From: an uncultured virus (IMG/VR IMGVR_UViG_3300034062_003972)
Taxonomy: Duplodnaviria; Heunggongvirae; Uroviricota; Caudoviricetes
Direction: 5' to 3' (one strand)
IMG/VR virus record: IMGVR_UViG_3300034062_003972
DNA length: 64,000 nt
The notes below the pieces were generated by a model. That model had not been told where the DNA came from. It did no database searches and was given only the letters and a program-made list of their open reading frames with translations. Position 1 is the stretch's first letter. Each line of letters begins with the position of its first letter. This document shows positions 35,875 to 46,500 of the stretch, one piece after another. A program made the translations under genes and the position numbers.

Positions 35875-36779
35875 TGATTTCTCCACCATTCCACTGTTTC
35901 TCGGATGCCGTCCTCCAGGCTCACTCGCGGCGTCCAGCCGAGCAGGCTCTCGGCCCGCGACGCATCAACGGCTCGGCGAGGCTGCCCGTCGGGCTTCGTG
36001 CCGTCCCACTCGATGCGGCCCTCGAACCCGCAAGCGTCCGAGACCATGCCGGCAAGGCTCTGCATCGTGATCTCGCCGCCGCCGCCCAGGTTGATCGGCT
36101 CGGCGTTGCTGAGTGCCTCGCCGGCCGCGACGATGCCGGCCGCAGCGTCATCGACGTGGAGGAACTCACGCGACGCGGAGCCAGTTCCCCAGAGCGTCAC
36201 CGAACCCTCGGCCTCGCAGAATTTGCGAATCATCGCCGGTATGACGTGGCTCGACGCCGGGTCGAAGTTGTCGCCGGGGCCATAGAGATTCGTCGGGATC
36301 ACGACCGTGCCAGCCATGCCGTACTGCCGGTGATACTGCCGCAGCATCTCGTAGACGGCTCGCTTCGCTACGCCATAGCCGGCGTTCGTCTCTTCGGGGT
36401 ATCCGCTCCAGAGGTCGCCCTCGGCGAACGGCGGCCGGCAGAACTTCGGGTAGGAGCAGACCGTGCCGACGACGACGACCTTCTCGACGCCGTGGGTGCG
36501 GGCCTGCTCAATGACGTTGAGCCCCATCGCCAGGTTCGCGTAGGTGAATCGCCCTGGCTGGGCCATGTTCGCACCGATGCCGCCAACTTCGGCCGCGAGG
36601 TGATAGACCATGCGGGGCTTCGCCGCCGCGAAATACTCTGCCGTCGCGACGGCGTCTGTCAGTTCGCAGCCCCATCGTCGTGGTCGCAGCACGTCGTGGC
36701 CCGCCGCTTCGAGGAGCCGGCATACACGACGGCCGAGGAATCCGTTGCCGCCGGTGACGAGGGTTGGCCTGACACTCAC
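35856..36779 (-). CDS. fcl: GDP-L-fucose synthase
   Basis: [33 protein letters not shown]...[13 protein letters not shown]. Confidence 0.95.
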   Translation of the reverse strand: MSVRPTLVTGGNGFLGRRVCRLLEAAGHDVLRPRRWGCELTDAVATAEYFAAAKPRMVYHLAAEVGGIGANMAQPGRFTYANLAMGLNVIEQARTHGVEKVVVVGTVCSYPKFCRPPFAEGDLWSGYPEETNAGYGVAKRAVYEMLRQYHRQYGMAGTVVIPTNLYGPGDNFDPASSHVIPAMIRKFCEAEGSVTLWGTGSASREFLHVDDAAAGIVAAGEALSNAEPINLGGGGEITMQSLAGMVSDACGFEGRIEWDGTKPDGQPRRAVDASRAESLLGWTPRVSLEDGIRETVEWWRNQCSVAL

Positions 36780-37174
36780 AGCGTCGCCGCCTCGCGGAAC
36801 GCCGCGTCGATGGCGGAAGCATTCATCCCGAGCGAAGCCCCGAACTGGCCGATCAGCGGGTGATCCCGACGCACCTCCAGGCCGTACTCCCAGGCTACGC
36901 GGGCCTCGTCCCTCGCCGGCTGCGGCAGGGCGTCGATCATGGCATCGACCTGGGCGAGCGAGACGCCGGCACGGATCAGCCAGACCCTGAACTGGTAGGG
37001 ACTCACGCTCGCCGGCACCGGCTCGACAGCCTCGGCCATCTGCCATCCGGCCGGCAGCGAGTCCTCGTGAACAGCCACGCAGCCTTCTGGCGGCATCCAG
37101 CCCGTTGGCACGTCCGAGCGAACAAACGTAACGACGCGGCCGTCCGACTCCCGAACGATTGCTAGTCTGCTCAT
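36776..37174 (-). CDS. Tail fibre-associated or assembly protein
   Basis: Follows fibre gene; V.P.Q.R..L...W...RDHP...ID..F..A. Confidence 0.6.
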   Translation of the reverse strand: MSRLAIVRESDGRVVTFVRSDVPTGWMPPEGCVAVHEDSLPAGWQMAEAVEPVPASVSPYQFRVWLIRAGVSLAQVDAMIDALPQPARDEARVAWEYGLEVRRDHPLIGQFGASLGMNASAIDAAFREAATL

Positions 37175-38067
37175 GGTTGCATCAAGATCCACAGCCTGAC
37201 CATTCCGCCGCCGCCGTTACCGCCGACAGACGTACTGGCGGCCGAGTTCGTATCAGCACCCGCACCACCACCGCCGCCGCCGCCGGGCCATCCGCCATTT
37301 CCACCGTGAGTCCACGCTCCGCTTGAGCCGCCAGTGTATGAGCCGCCACCGCCGCCATCGCCAGAGCCGTAGGCTGCCGAGACGGCGGCGACGCCTCCAG
37401 TCGTCGCGCCAGCAGGGCCGGTTGCAGTCTGATTCAGCGAAGTCGGAGCGGACTTTCTACGCGAGAACCCTTGGCCGCCTGCCCCGCCTGCCCGCACCGT
37501 GGTCGTGCCGAAGCCCGACCCGCCTCCACCGCCGCCGCCGCCAGGGTAGATGCCGCTCCCCGGAGCAGCGACACCATCTGCGCCGAGGCTGCCCGCGCCG
37601 CCTCGCCTGCCGGCGTGAGGATTTCCCAGCGTTTGCGCCGCGCCGTCGCCGCTCCAATTGAAGCCGCCTGCTGCCGAGCCGGTCGCGCCACCGGCAGCGA
37701 ACAGGACTCCGCAGAATGACGCCGCAGCGCCAGCGATGCCGTGCGATTGACCAGACGAGTTTTGCGCGGCTGACGATGAGCCGCCGCTACCACCGGCAGG
37801 GACTACGATCTGCCCGCCGCTCGGAATCTGACTGCCGTACAGATACCCAGAGACGAACTCACCGGCAGACCCTCCGGTCGCACCAAACCTGTTTGTGCTG
37901 CTGACCTGCCCTAACTGACCGCCGCTGCCGCCGCCGCCGGCACCGCAAATCTCGTAGTAGATTGCGATCGCTCCAGCCGGCCGCGTCCACGCATACGTTC
38001 CAGGCGCGTCGAAGAACTGCTCGACGACGTTTCCGGCTCTAGGAAAGCCGAAGATGCCAGGGTTCAC
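37171..38067 (-). CDS. Glycine-rich fibre/virion protein
   Basis: F..PGTY.W..P.GA, GAGGGG repeats, GNGGGGMVR end. Confidence 0.75.
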   Translation of the reverse strand: MNPGIFGFPRAGNVVEQFFDAPGTYAWTRPAGAIAIYYEICGAGGGGSGGQLGQVSSTNRFGATGGSAGEFVSGYLYGSQIPSGGQIVVPAGGSGGSSSAAQNSSGQSHGIAGAAASFCGVLFAAGGATGSAAGGFNWSGDGAAQTLGNPHAGRRGGAGSLGADGVAAPGSGIYPGGGGGGGGSGFGTTTVRAGGAGGQGFSRRKSAPTSLNQTATGPAGATTGGVAAVSAAYGSGDGGGGGSYTGGSSGAWTHGGNGGWPGGGGGGGAGADTNSAASTSVGGNGGGGMVRLWILMQP

Positions 38068-38447
38068 AGGTCGGCTCCAAGTGCGGTCACGTCCATGCTT
38101 TCGGCATTGTGCGTGCTGACCACAAGGCTCCAGGATGCGTTCGGCAGCACGAGGTTGCTGTAGAGCGTGCTGACTCGCGTTGCCTTCACGCTTGCGGAGG
38201 CGGTCGCGGCGGCAATCGCCACCTCGTCGAAGAAACGATACGTCGTACCGTCATACAGAAAAATCCGCACCATGCCTGCGGTTGTCGTCACGCGAGCCTG
38301 CACGACGATCTCCGCAATCCTCGTCCCGGTCGCCGCTCCGGTGATGAGCGTGGCGACCGTGCCGGTGCCATCGCGGTTCGTGTTCGCGGTGGAGACGTTG
38401 ACGGCACCGATGCGTGGCGTGACAGCAAAGGCGGGTTCGAGGGCCAT
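38064..38447 (-). CDS. Putative virion protein
   Basis: 127 aa, Thr/Ala-rich beta composition. Confidence 0.65.
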   Translation of the reverse strand: MALEPAFAVTPRIGAVNVSTANTNRDGTGTVATLITGAATGTRIAEIVVQARVTTTAGMVRIFLYDGTTYRFFDEVAIAAATASASVKATRVSTLYSNLVLPNASWSLVVSTHNAESMDVTALGADL

Positions 38448-38459
38448 GAGAGAAAACTC

Positions 38460-39770
38460 CTAGCGGAACGAAGACCAGAGGTAGGTATTGATCGCCGCGC
38501 GGGCGCGAGGCGACAGGCGGGCGTTGGAGAGTGTGCCAGAGGTCAAGTCGCTGGCGTTGGTGCTACCGCTCGTGACGGTCTTCCAAGTCTGGTCGCCGGC
38601 GAGGAACGTCGTGGACGTGGCCGACCCGCTGCCCAGCCTCGCCGTTGCAATCGTCCCAGACGCGATGTCGCTTGCCGCGTGGGTGTGACTCGTCGCAGCG
38701 TAGGCCGTGCTGACCGAGATCACGCCGTCCGTGATCGTCACGCCAGCGCCAATCTTGACACCGCCGAGGACGCTGTTCGTAGCGGTCGGCAGCGTGTATT
38801 CCGTGGGGATCGTGGGCTTGTCGTCGAGGTCGTCGTACGAACCGCTGGTCGCCACCGTCGCCAACCCGGTCACGCTCGCGGCATCGACGGTGCCGGTCCA
38901 TGCGGTCGTCTGCGTCGTGAAACTGTTTCCTTGGGGGTCGTCATAGAAATCGAGGCTGTAGAGTTTGAATCCGCCAAGCGATCCGGCAATTGTTTCAACG
39001 CGAATAGGGTTTGATGTGTCGAGAGATCGCAGGCATAGGAAGTCGTCGTCGTCGATCGCGAAATATCCGCCAGACAGGGCGGCCGGTATGCCGCTCGTTA
39101 TATCGCTCCAAGCATGCGCGTGTGACGTGGCCGCGTAGGCAGTCGAGACTGAGATCACGCCGTCCGTGATCGTGACGCCAGCGCCGATTTTGACGCCGCC
39201 CAGCACACTATCCGTGGCAGTCGGCAACGTGTAGCCAGACGACGCAGAGATAACCCCGTTGCCGTCGATGGAAATGCCGCTCCCAATCCTCACCGCGCCT
39301 CGCGTGTTCGCGGCCGCCAGTGGCAGGCGATCCGCCGAGAGCGTCCCGCTCGTCAGCAGGCTCGCGTTCGTTGTCGGCGGAGCGGCGGCGATGACAGCGG
39401 TCGTGAAGTCAGTGATCTGCGACGCTGTGTGCGTATGGGAAAGCGGCGTCCTGGCGTCGCTCAACCGGGCGTCATTGCCTTGGCAGGCCGTGCCGGCCGT
39501 TGTGCCGTAACTGACGACGAGCGCGCCGCCAACGGTAGAGAGGCCCGCGCCAACAGCCAGGCCGATGTTCGCGGCCGACGACGTGCCGGAGTTCGTGACC
39601 GGCGCAGAGACGGCGACTACCCCGGAAGACCCCGTCGGCCCGAACCCACCGGACACCGCAACGTCCACCGTCGCGGCCGTGCTGCCGGCGGCCACGTCGA
39701 TCTGCGTCTCGCCGACGCTCGCCGTGATCGGGCTTGCGCCGCTGACGCTCGCGTTGATCTGCGACATCAC
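38460..39770 (-). CDS. Fibre protein with LPxAT..LGGVKIG and HxH repeats
   Basis: Two ~40-aa repeats, HTH-x-ASxI fibre motifs. Confidence 0.75.
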   Translation of the reverse strand: MMSQINASVSGASPITASVGETQIDVAAGSTAATVDVAVSGGFGPTGSSGVVAVSAPVTNSGTSSAANIGLAVGAGLSTVGGALVVSYGTTAGTACQGNDARLSDARTPLSHTHTASQITDFTTAVIAAAPPTTNASLLTSGTLSADRLPLAAANTRGAVRIGSGISIDGNGVISASSGYTLPTATDSVLGGVKIGAGVTITDGVISVSTAYAATSHAHAWSDITSGIPAALSGGYFAIDDDDFLCLRSLDTSNPIRVETIAGSLGGFKLYSLDFYDDPQGNSFTTQTTAWTGTVDAASVTGLATVATSGSYDDLDDKPTIPTEYTLPTATNSVLGGVKIGAGVTITDGVISVSTAYAATSHTHAASDIASGTIATARLGSGSATSTTFLAGDQTWKTVTSGSTNASDLTSGTLSNARLSPRARAAINTYLWSSFR

Positions 39771-40081
39771 AGCACCTCGACGAACCCGGTCAGCGCCGTC
39801 CGCGTGGCGTTGTTCTCGGTCCAGACCATCCGCCAGCCGTAGGTGCCTCGTGGAATCACAGCCGTCTGGGCATCGGTGAGGGCGATGTTGTATTCCCCGT
39901 TTGATGCGTTGGCGGCCGTGACGGTAAACGCCTGGACGGTGTCGCCGCTAATGAGCGAATAGATGACCGCCGTGACCGTGTAGCCGGTCATCGTAATCGA
40001 GAAATCAATCAGCGTTGAGAAGTCGTCGCCGCGGTTGAACGAAAGGCCCAGCGTTCCCGGCGTCTGTTCGTAGGACGGCAT
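39767..40081 (-). CDS. Putative virion protein
   Basis: 104 aa, beta-sandwich-like composition. Confidence 0.65.
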   Translation of the reverse strand: MPSYEQTPGTLGLSFNRGDDFSTLIDFSITMTGYTVTAVIYSLISGDTVQAFTVTAANASNGEYNIALTDAQTAVIPRGTYGWRMVWTENNATRTALTGFVEVL

Positions 40082-40098
40082 CAGTATCCTCCGCCCGC

Positions 40099-40359
40099 CT
40101 ACTGGCGGCTCTCGCTATCGGGCTTCGCTTCGCTCGCCCTCGGCTGAAGCGCATAGAGAAGCCTGGTCTGCTCCTTGACCGCGTCGGCGATCTCTTTCTG
40201 GCTCTCGGAGATCGTCTTCAGGAACACCGAGTGCTGCTCAACCAGAGGTAGCAGGACGTCCGCGCGGAGCGTGTAGCCGGCCGCGAGCGCGACAAGGGTC
40301 GGGAAGCCCCACCGCTCGATCACCGTCTTCAGGGTGTCGCTCACTTCAGCACCGCTCAT
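40099..40359 (-). CDS. Small membrane protein, holin-like candidate
   Basis: IERWGFPTLVAL TM followed by a coiled coil. Confidence 0.5.
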   Translation of the reverse strand: MSGAEVSDTLKTVIERWGFPTLVALAAGYTLRADVLLPLVEQHSVFLKTISESQKEIADAVKEQTRLLYALQPRASEAKPDSESRQ

Positions 40360-40400
40360 GCAGAACCTCTCTACAGACCGTCTCCGCTCTTTCGCCTCCA

Positions 40401-40967
40401 CTAGGCGCACGGCTGGGCCATACATCCATTGTATTGTGCAGTAGCCTGTAGCATCGCGCTGTCTACGCGGCGTTCGAGGTCGTCGAGGCCGCCGTCGTTT
40501 GAAATCTCGACGCTCACCAGCCTGTCGCTGATTCCACGCTCGCTTGAGTGCGAGGCCGTCTGACCTACCAGGCAACCGACGCCCGGCCTGACGACCCGCC
40601 AGACCGACCCACCGGCGGCCAGGATGGCCTCGGCCTCGTTGTCGAAGCGGACGTCCGAAATCACTGCTCTGAGCCGCCTGGAGGCCCGCTCCAGGGCGAT
40701 GCGAATCCAGATATCCTCGGACACCATGTTCCGCCCCCACTCCGTCCCAAGGCTCTGGAGGAGTTCTCTGGGCGACTTCCCGATCGGGAGGAGTGCCTCT
40801 TTCGCCGTCCTGTCGCGAAGGGCGCCCACGGGCAGGCCGGTCATGGCGGAAACCATCTGGTAGATAGGGTCGGCGAAGGCCAGGCTCCAGAAGCCGTGGG
40901 CGGCCTCCAGGCGGGCCGCCACAGTGTCCTTTCCTGCCCCGGCCGCGCCGCAGATTCCGATGATCAC
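40401..40967 (-). CDS. Deoxynucleoside monophosphate kinase
   Basis: GAAGAGKDT, FADP, RELLQSLGTE, SDVRF.NE, HSSE. Confidence 0.9.
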   Translation of the reverse strand: MIIGICGAAGAGKDTVAARLEAAHGFWSLAFADPIYQMVSAMTGLPVGALRDRTAKEALLPIGKSPRELLQSLGTEWGRNMVSEDIWIRIALERASRRLRAVISDVRFDNEAEAILAAGGSVWRVVRPGVGCLVGQTASHSSERGISDRLVSVEISNDGGLDDLERRVDSAMLQATAQYNGCMAQPCA

Positions 40968-41446
40968 AGGCTCATCTCCCGGCCGTTAAAGAGGATCGTC
41001 ACGCCAAGCGGCTCGGCCAGCCACCGCAGCGCAACGCCAGCCTGCGTCAGCATCCGCTCGCCGGCCAGCACCTGCTCTACCCATCGATCCGGAGTGGCCT
41101 GCCGGGCCGAGATATGGCCGACAACCTCGACGACTCCGGCGCAGATGATGGCTCTGGCACACTCTGGGCAGGCATACCATGGGCAGTAGAGCGTCGATCC
41201 GGCGGTCTTGGTGCCGATCTTGGCTGCGGCATAGATCGCCGCCCGCTCGGCGTGCTCGATGTAGCGATACTTCTCCGGCTTCGACCAGACAGCCATCGCT
41301 GGAAAGTGGTTTGCCGCCGCGGCAATAAACCCTTCCTTCGGCACGAGCACTGCACCGTTCTGCGTCGAGTCGTCGTGGCTTGCCTCTGCGGCCGTCTGGG
41401 CGGCCAGGCGGAGCCAGTCGATGTCTGTGTAGGAAGGCAGGATCAT
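40964..41446 (-). CDS. dCMP deaminase-like protein
   Basis: HAE...CPEC. Confidence 0.85.
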   Translation of the reverse strand: MILPSYTDIDWLRLAAQTAAEASHDDSTQNGAVLVPKEGFIAAAANHFPAMAVWSKPEKYRYIEHAERAAIYAAAKIGTKTAGSTLYCPWYACPECARAIICAGVVEVVGHISARQATPDRWVEQVLAGERMLTQAGVALRWLAEPLGVTILFNGREMSL

Positions 41447-42606
41447 TTCGGCTCCGCGACGTGCATGGCGACCAAGCCACCCTCGGGGCGGTAGAGGAAC
41501 GTCTCCATCGCCTGCCGGCTCCCAAGGAAGCCGTTTTCGCTGTGCCAGTCGTCTGCCGCGCTCAGGCTGGGGCACGTTCGGACGATGACTGAGTCCAGGG
41601 TTTCGATAGGACGCTGCCACTCGGCGGCCTGGGAGTGGAAGTGGCCCGTGTGCCACTCGCGGCAGACGCTCGCGCTCCACTCGGCCGGCTTCTCCAGGGC
41701 CATGATCTGTGGCAACTTCCGCTTGGCGCGGTGGCCGTGGCAGAAGCCGAGAAGGTTCTTGCCGTGCGCGGCGTACTGGCGGCCTGAGTATTCCATGCGA
41801 ACGCTGACTCGACCGTCGTTGCGAAACCGTTCGGCGACGATCCGCTGAAACGCGAACGACAACGTCTCGTCATGGTTCCCGTTGACGACGATCACGTCAG
41901 TCGGGCACTTGCCGGCCGAGCGATCGACAATCGCCAGGAGCGTCTCGCAGCCGACTTCGAGCATCTTCGGCAGCCGGCCGTCGCGTTCCAGCGGCGTGCC
42001 GGAGGTCGTCGTCCCGGTCGGCGTGTCGTAGTGAAAGACATCACCGACGAACGCGATGGTGCGCCGGGCCGGCTTGTAGCCATCGCCGACTGCCAGAAGT
42101 TCGCCAGCGGCCTCGCGGACGCGACGCTCGGCAATGTCGAGGTCGTAGTCTCCGCCGCCGGCCGGGCCTGTCGTGTGTCGCCAGGCGTATTTGCCAAAGT
42201 GCGGGTCGCCGATCGGGACGACCTGCCAGAGGCCGTCGCGCCTGGGGTGACCCTTTACCCGAGGCTGGCGAATCTTCTTCGCCGCCGCCGCAATCATCGC
42301 CTCGACGGCCTCGGTGACGCTCGGCCCCGCCTTGGGCTTGAGCCTGACGAACACGCGGTGCAGTTCGAGCGTGCCGCCGTCGCCGTCGCCGCAGTTCCAT
42401 ACCGTCGCCTCGGAGGCGGCGATGTCGTATTTCGTCATATCGACCTCGATATGACGAACTAAGTCCTCCACCGTCTTGATGCGGCGGCTGGTGCTGCGGG
42501 CCTCCAGCACGTCGCCGCTCGTGGTCTTCGTGACCTGCTCGGCGTCGGCCTTCGGCTGCGGCGGATGCTTGTCGGCGAGCCTGTCCTTCAGACTTTTGAG
42601 AGCCAA
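41443..42606 (-). CDS. Calcineurin-like metallophosphoesterase
   Basis: DPH, GD, GNHD, HGH, GHFH. Confidence 0.85.
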   Translation of the reverse strand: MALKSLKDRLADKHPPQPKADAEQVTKTTSGDVLEARSTSRRIKTVEDLVRHIEVDMTKYDIAASEATVWNCGDGDGGTLELHRVFVRLKPKAGPSVTEAVEAMIAAAAKKIRQPRVKGHPRRDGLWQVVPIGDPHFGKYAWRHTTGPAGGGDYDLDIAERRVREAAGELLAVGDGYKPARRTIAFVGDVFHYDTPTGTTTSGTPLERDGRLPKMLEVGCETLLAIVDRSAGKCPTDVIVVNGNHDETLSFAFQRIVAERFRNDGRVSVRMEYSGRQYAAHGKNLLGFCHGHRAKRKLPQIMALEKPAEWSASVCREWHTGHFHSQAAEWQRPIETLDSVIVRTCPSLSAADDWHSENGFLGSRQAMETFLYRPEGGLVAMHVAEPK

Positions 42607-42845
42607 TTTCTGACTCCTTGCTGGCCGCAGACCTCGATGCCGGCCGCGTGGCACTCCTCAATGATGTCTCTCGCCATCTGGCAGCACGACGCGCTGATCG
42701 CGCCGGCTCGCCAGGCTTCGCGAGCATCGGCGAACTCTTTCTGGTATTCCTCGGGCAGCCGATCAAACCAGCCGAGAGGCTTGGGTTTTCGGCTGGCGGC
42801 CCGCTCCCTCAGTCGCTCAACCAGCCGCAGCGGCTTTTTCTTCAT
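42588..42845 (-). CDS. Hypothetical (HTH-like) protein
   Basis: 85 aa upstream of the phosphoesterase. Confidence 0.6.
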   Translation of the reverse strand: MKKKPLRLVERLRERAASRKPKPLGWFDRLPEEYQKEFADAREAWRAGAISASCCQMARDIIEECHAAGIEVCGQQGVRNWLSKV

Positions 42846-43128
42846 CGATCCTGTACCCCAAGGCCCAAAGAATCCGCGCCACGTCCTTCGCAGCGTCAGT
42901 GACGGATTCCTCGCTGGTTTGCGGGAAGAGGGCGTGCATCGCCTCGTGAATCTCGACCTCAAGGCGGAGGCGGCCGGTAAGCCGCTCGTCGATGAGAATC
43001 TTGCGGATGCTCTTGAGCGGGCTTTTGTGGTCGGGGAGGTATGTCCAGCCGTTTGCGCCGCCGCGGAGGCGGGTGTATCGCCAGAGCCATTTCAGGCCCG
43101 CGATCGTGAAGTGGTGGTCGCTCGGCAT
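42817..43128 (-). CDS. HEXXH metallopeptidase-like protein
   Basis: IHEAMHA...EE.V. Confidence 0.7.
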   Translation of the reverse strand: MPSDHHFTIAGLKWLWRYTRLRGGANGWTYLPDHKSPLKSIRKILIDERLTGRLRLEVEIHEAMHALFPQTSEESVTDAAKDVARILWALGYRIDEEKAAAAG

Positions 43129-43152
43129 GGGGCGATAGTATCGGTTAGTGGG

Positions 43153-43581
43153 CTATGGCTTGTCTACGCTAGTTTTTGCCCGCGCCCGCCGGCAGGCCAG
43201 CCGCACGAGTTGCCTGGCCCCGAAGTCAGTCCACGGCAGTTTCGTCCTGCCGTCGGCCCACCGCTTCGCGTGCTCGTCACGCATGACGCCGAGGATCTCG
43301 GCCGTGCCAGCGTCGCTCTCGCACCAGTCGGGGCCGAGGGCGTCCATTTTGGTCGCCATCGAGTTGCACTTGCACCCCGACGCCGGCTCGATGCCGAGCC
43401 AGTCCTTCAGAAGAGCCTTGAGTTCGGCACCAGGACCGCCAGACTGAAACGAAATCTGCCGCCGTGTGCGCCCGACCGGGATCGCCGGGCTCGACCTTCC
43501 GCACTCTCTGAGCAGCCGCGGATTCGTTGCGACGTAGCCGCACTGCACGCATCGCATCGTGTTGTCGAACGAGCAGAGCAT
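43153..43581 (-). CDS. Cys-rich hypothetical protein
   Basis: CVQC, GPGAELK..L, CKC. Confidence 0.65.
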   Translation of the reverse strand: MLCSFDNTMRCVQCGYVATNPRLLRECGRSSPAIPVGRTRRQISFQSGGPGAELKALLKDWLGIEPASGCKCNSMATKMDALGPDWCESDAGTAEILGVMRDEHAKRWADGRTKLPWTDFGARQLVRLACRRARAKTSVDKP

Positions 43582-43588
43582 ATCGCTA

Positions 43589-46500
43589 CTACCAGACAAC
43601 TGAGAATCCTTCAACAGAGACTGAGCCGGTGTTTAGCGGTCGGTTCGGCGGCAGCGTCACGTCGTCGTCCGACATTTCAATCTCACTCAGGTTTGACGGG
43701 CAGAACATATCTTGATCGGCCATAGCCGAGCCGTCGGAGTCAAGATCGATCTGGACGTAACCATACCACTGCCCGCGAACGAAAAACGAAGTTGCAACAG
43801 GCCCGGCCTTGAATCTCTTGTGATACGCCACAACCGCGCCGCATCCGAGTTTCGATTGGCTTGCAAGCACAAAATCGGCAACAACGCTAAAATACGAGTC
43901 ATCGGAAGACTGGGCCGGCTTTGTGAACGCTCCGACAGCAGATTCAGTTGAATTGTTGATGCTAAAACTTAGCGCAACAGTTTCGCTGATCGCAACCACT
44001 TCTGCGGGAAACGTAATCGGAGATGCTACTCCAGTAAATGTTCTAGTTAGTTCGGGGCAGTCTATCTCCACGTCCACGTCTAGGATCAACTCGTTGTAGA
44101 ACTTGCACTTCCCCGGCAGAAAAACCTGCTCCCAGTCCGTCCTCCCGCAGCACTCCTTGCTGCCAAACATCAGCGACTCGGGCTTGTCGGGAGATATTTC
44201 AATCTCCCTCGGGTCTTCAAACGCAGACGGAAGCGTAGCCGTAAATTCAAGTGCGTTGCAGTTGGTTGCGTTGGTGGTGGCAACGTATGTCGGATCAAAC
44301 TCGCTGCCCCTCATCGTCGCTACGGCCGGGACATACGGCCCTCTGTATTGCACCCGCACCCATTCGTACCCAGTAATGCCCTTGAGGTATCCATCGCCTC
44401 CGTTTGAAACGGCGAGCGTGCCTTTTCCAAAGCCAGACGAATTAGTGTCCGTACCCACGTCAACAACATCAATTTTTCCGCCCGACCCTTGACTGGGCGT
44501 AACCTGAAGCACTTCTATCTGCATTGGGCAAACTATCGCAGGCGCTTTCGGCTGCGGGTCTTTTGGGTCTGCATCGCTCGATGGCAGTTCTTTGTAGAAC
44601 ACGCCGCCGTCGATGATGGTGATGCTTGCGATGTTTCCATCGTAGTCGGTGGCAACTACCCCGGTTGCAAATCTTGGTGCTGGGCCAGGGTGCGCATCCT
44701 GAAACGGATTGATTAGGTATGTATCGCTGTCTTCCGGGTCGATCTCGTCTGTGTAGATGGATACTTGCTGCCCATTTGTGAAGCCTTGGGTGTTTGGCGG
44801 TGCGGTCACGGAAACCACTTCCCAGTATGGGAACAGGAACTGGAGCATCCTCTGCTGAACGCTAGCGGAGACAGACACACCTCCGGTTATTTTGTTAGGA
44901 ACTACCGCGGCCCTGCCAGGGACTGCGTGAATCCACTTGCCGAAGTCGTAATCAAAGTCTCCGCTAAACCCAAGAAGAGGCCCGTTATCAACTCCAGGGA
45001 TGCCTGACGGGGCTGACAGATTAAACCACGGAAACACCTCTTCCGTTCCCTGCCAGTTGGACAGCCGAAGCCCCAACAGTTCTCCGTTATTCTCAAAGGA
45101 GGCGTCAAGTATGCCGCGGAATTTTTCCTGATAATCCGGCTGGCGATAGCACCTAAAGCCGGCCCACCGGCACTCGCCAACTCGCTCAAACGGTGTGATT
45201 GGCGTGTAGAACCTCGTGTCTGTCCACACCGGCACTTCGTAGTCATCACCGATCTCGCCGCCAGGCACAAACGCGCAGTCGTTGACTCGTGACAGAAACC
45301 AGGAACTGTATCCATCGCCGCCATCGACCAGCGAGAGATTTGTGATTTTGCCAAAATTCGGGCTTGAAGTGTTGGAGCCTACGGTCGCCGTTATTTGAGC
45401 GCCCGAGCCCTGCGAGATAGACATTATCTGGCTTATGGAGACGGTGGTGTCTGCTACAAACGGAGGCAACGAGGCGTCTTCAACGTAGTACCGCCCGCCA
45501 GTCGTGATGTCGATCCCCGTTAGCACGCCGCCGACGTAATACTCGCCACCGGACTCAATCACTATGGAGTTGATCTCGCCATCTGGGTCCGGTTTGAAGT
45601 AGTAGCCGCCGGAAAACAAGACAATCTCGGTAATTGCTCCGTTTTCGTCAGCGGCTGTCACGAGAGCGTCCAGTTCAGGTCCGGCAGAAGCGGAATACTG
45701 GCCGTCGACAATTGTGGCGCGAACCACCTCGCCCGGTGAGTACCCACTCCCGCCGTCGTCGATGCTGATGGACTCGAAGCCCCACGTCGGAGGCGTGCCT
45801 TCCGTGTTGTTCTGCGCGATGAAGCCGGAAAGAACCGCGCCAGTGCCGGTCGTCGAATCGACGTACAAAGATAGATTCGGCGCTGAACGCGCGGTAATGA
45901 TGCGGGCGACGGCTGCGGCCTGTTCAATGACGCCTTCGCCAGAGAACAACAGCACGCTCTCGTCTTCGTACCCGCTCGTGTTTCCCGTGAATGTTACTTC
46001 AGTTACTCCCCAAGTCCCCTTTGGGTCGTTTTCGGAAACCTGGACGGAGAACGTCGCGCCATCACCCGGCGTGGCATCTGCTTCCAGTGAAGGCTCGCCA
46101 TTTTCCGCGACCAGCGTCGCGATCGCCGCAGTCTCGGCAACGCCGCCAGCGCCTATCGTTACCTCCAGCGGCTCTTGCGAATACCCCGCGCCGCCGCTCT
46201 TGATCGAGAGCGACGCGATTCGCCAGTACGGCAGTCCGCAGTCGTCTTTATCCTCTACGACGTTTATCTCGACCTCGGCGGGAACGACGCTGGAGTTGGT
46301 GACGGTGAGTGTCGGCGCGACGCGCCCAAGTTTCGCGTACCCGCTGCCAGCGTTGGTCAGCGTGACGCCTTTGATCGGCCCGATGTCTTCTGGGCCTGCG
46401 CCGCTCAGTTGGCCGCCGCCAGGTGCCTCCGCTAGTCCGGTCGCGCCGCTGCCAAAGCACGCAGTAACGGTACAAGTGATGTCGGTGTAGACTTTTTGGA

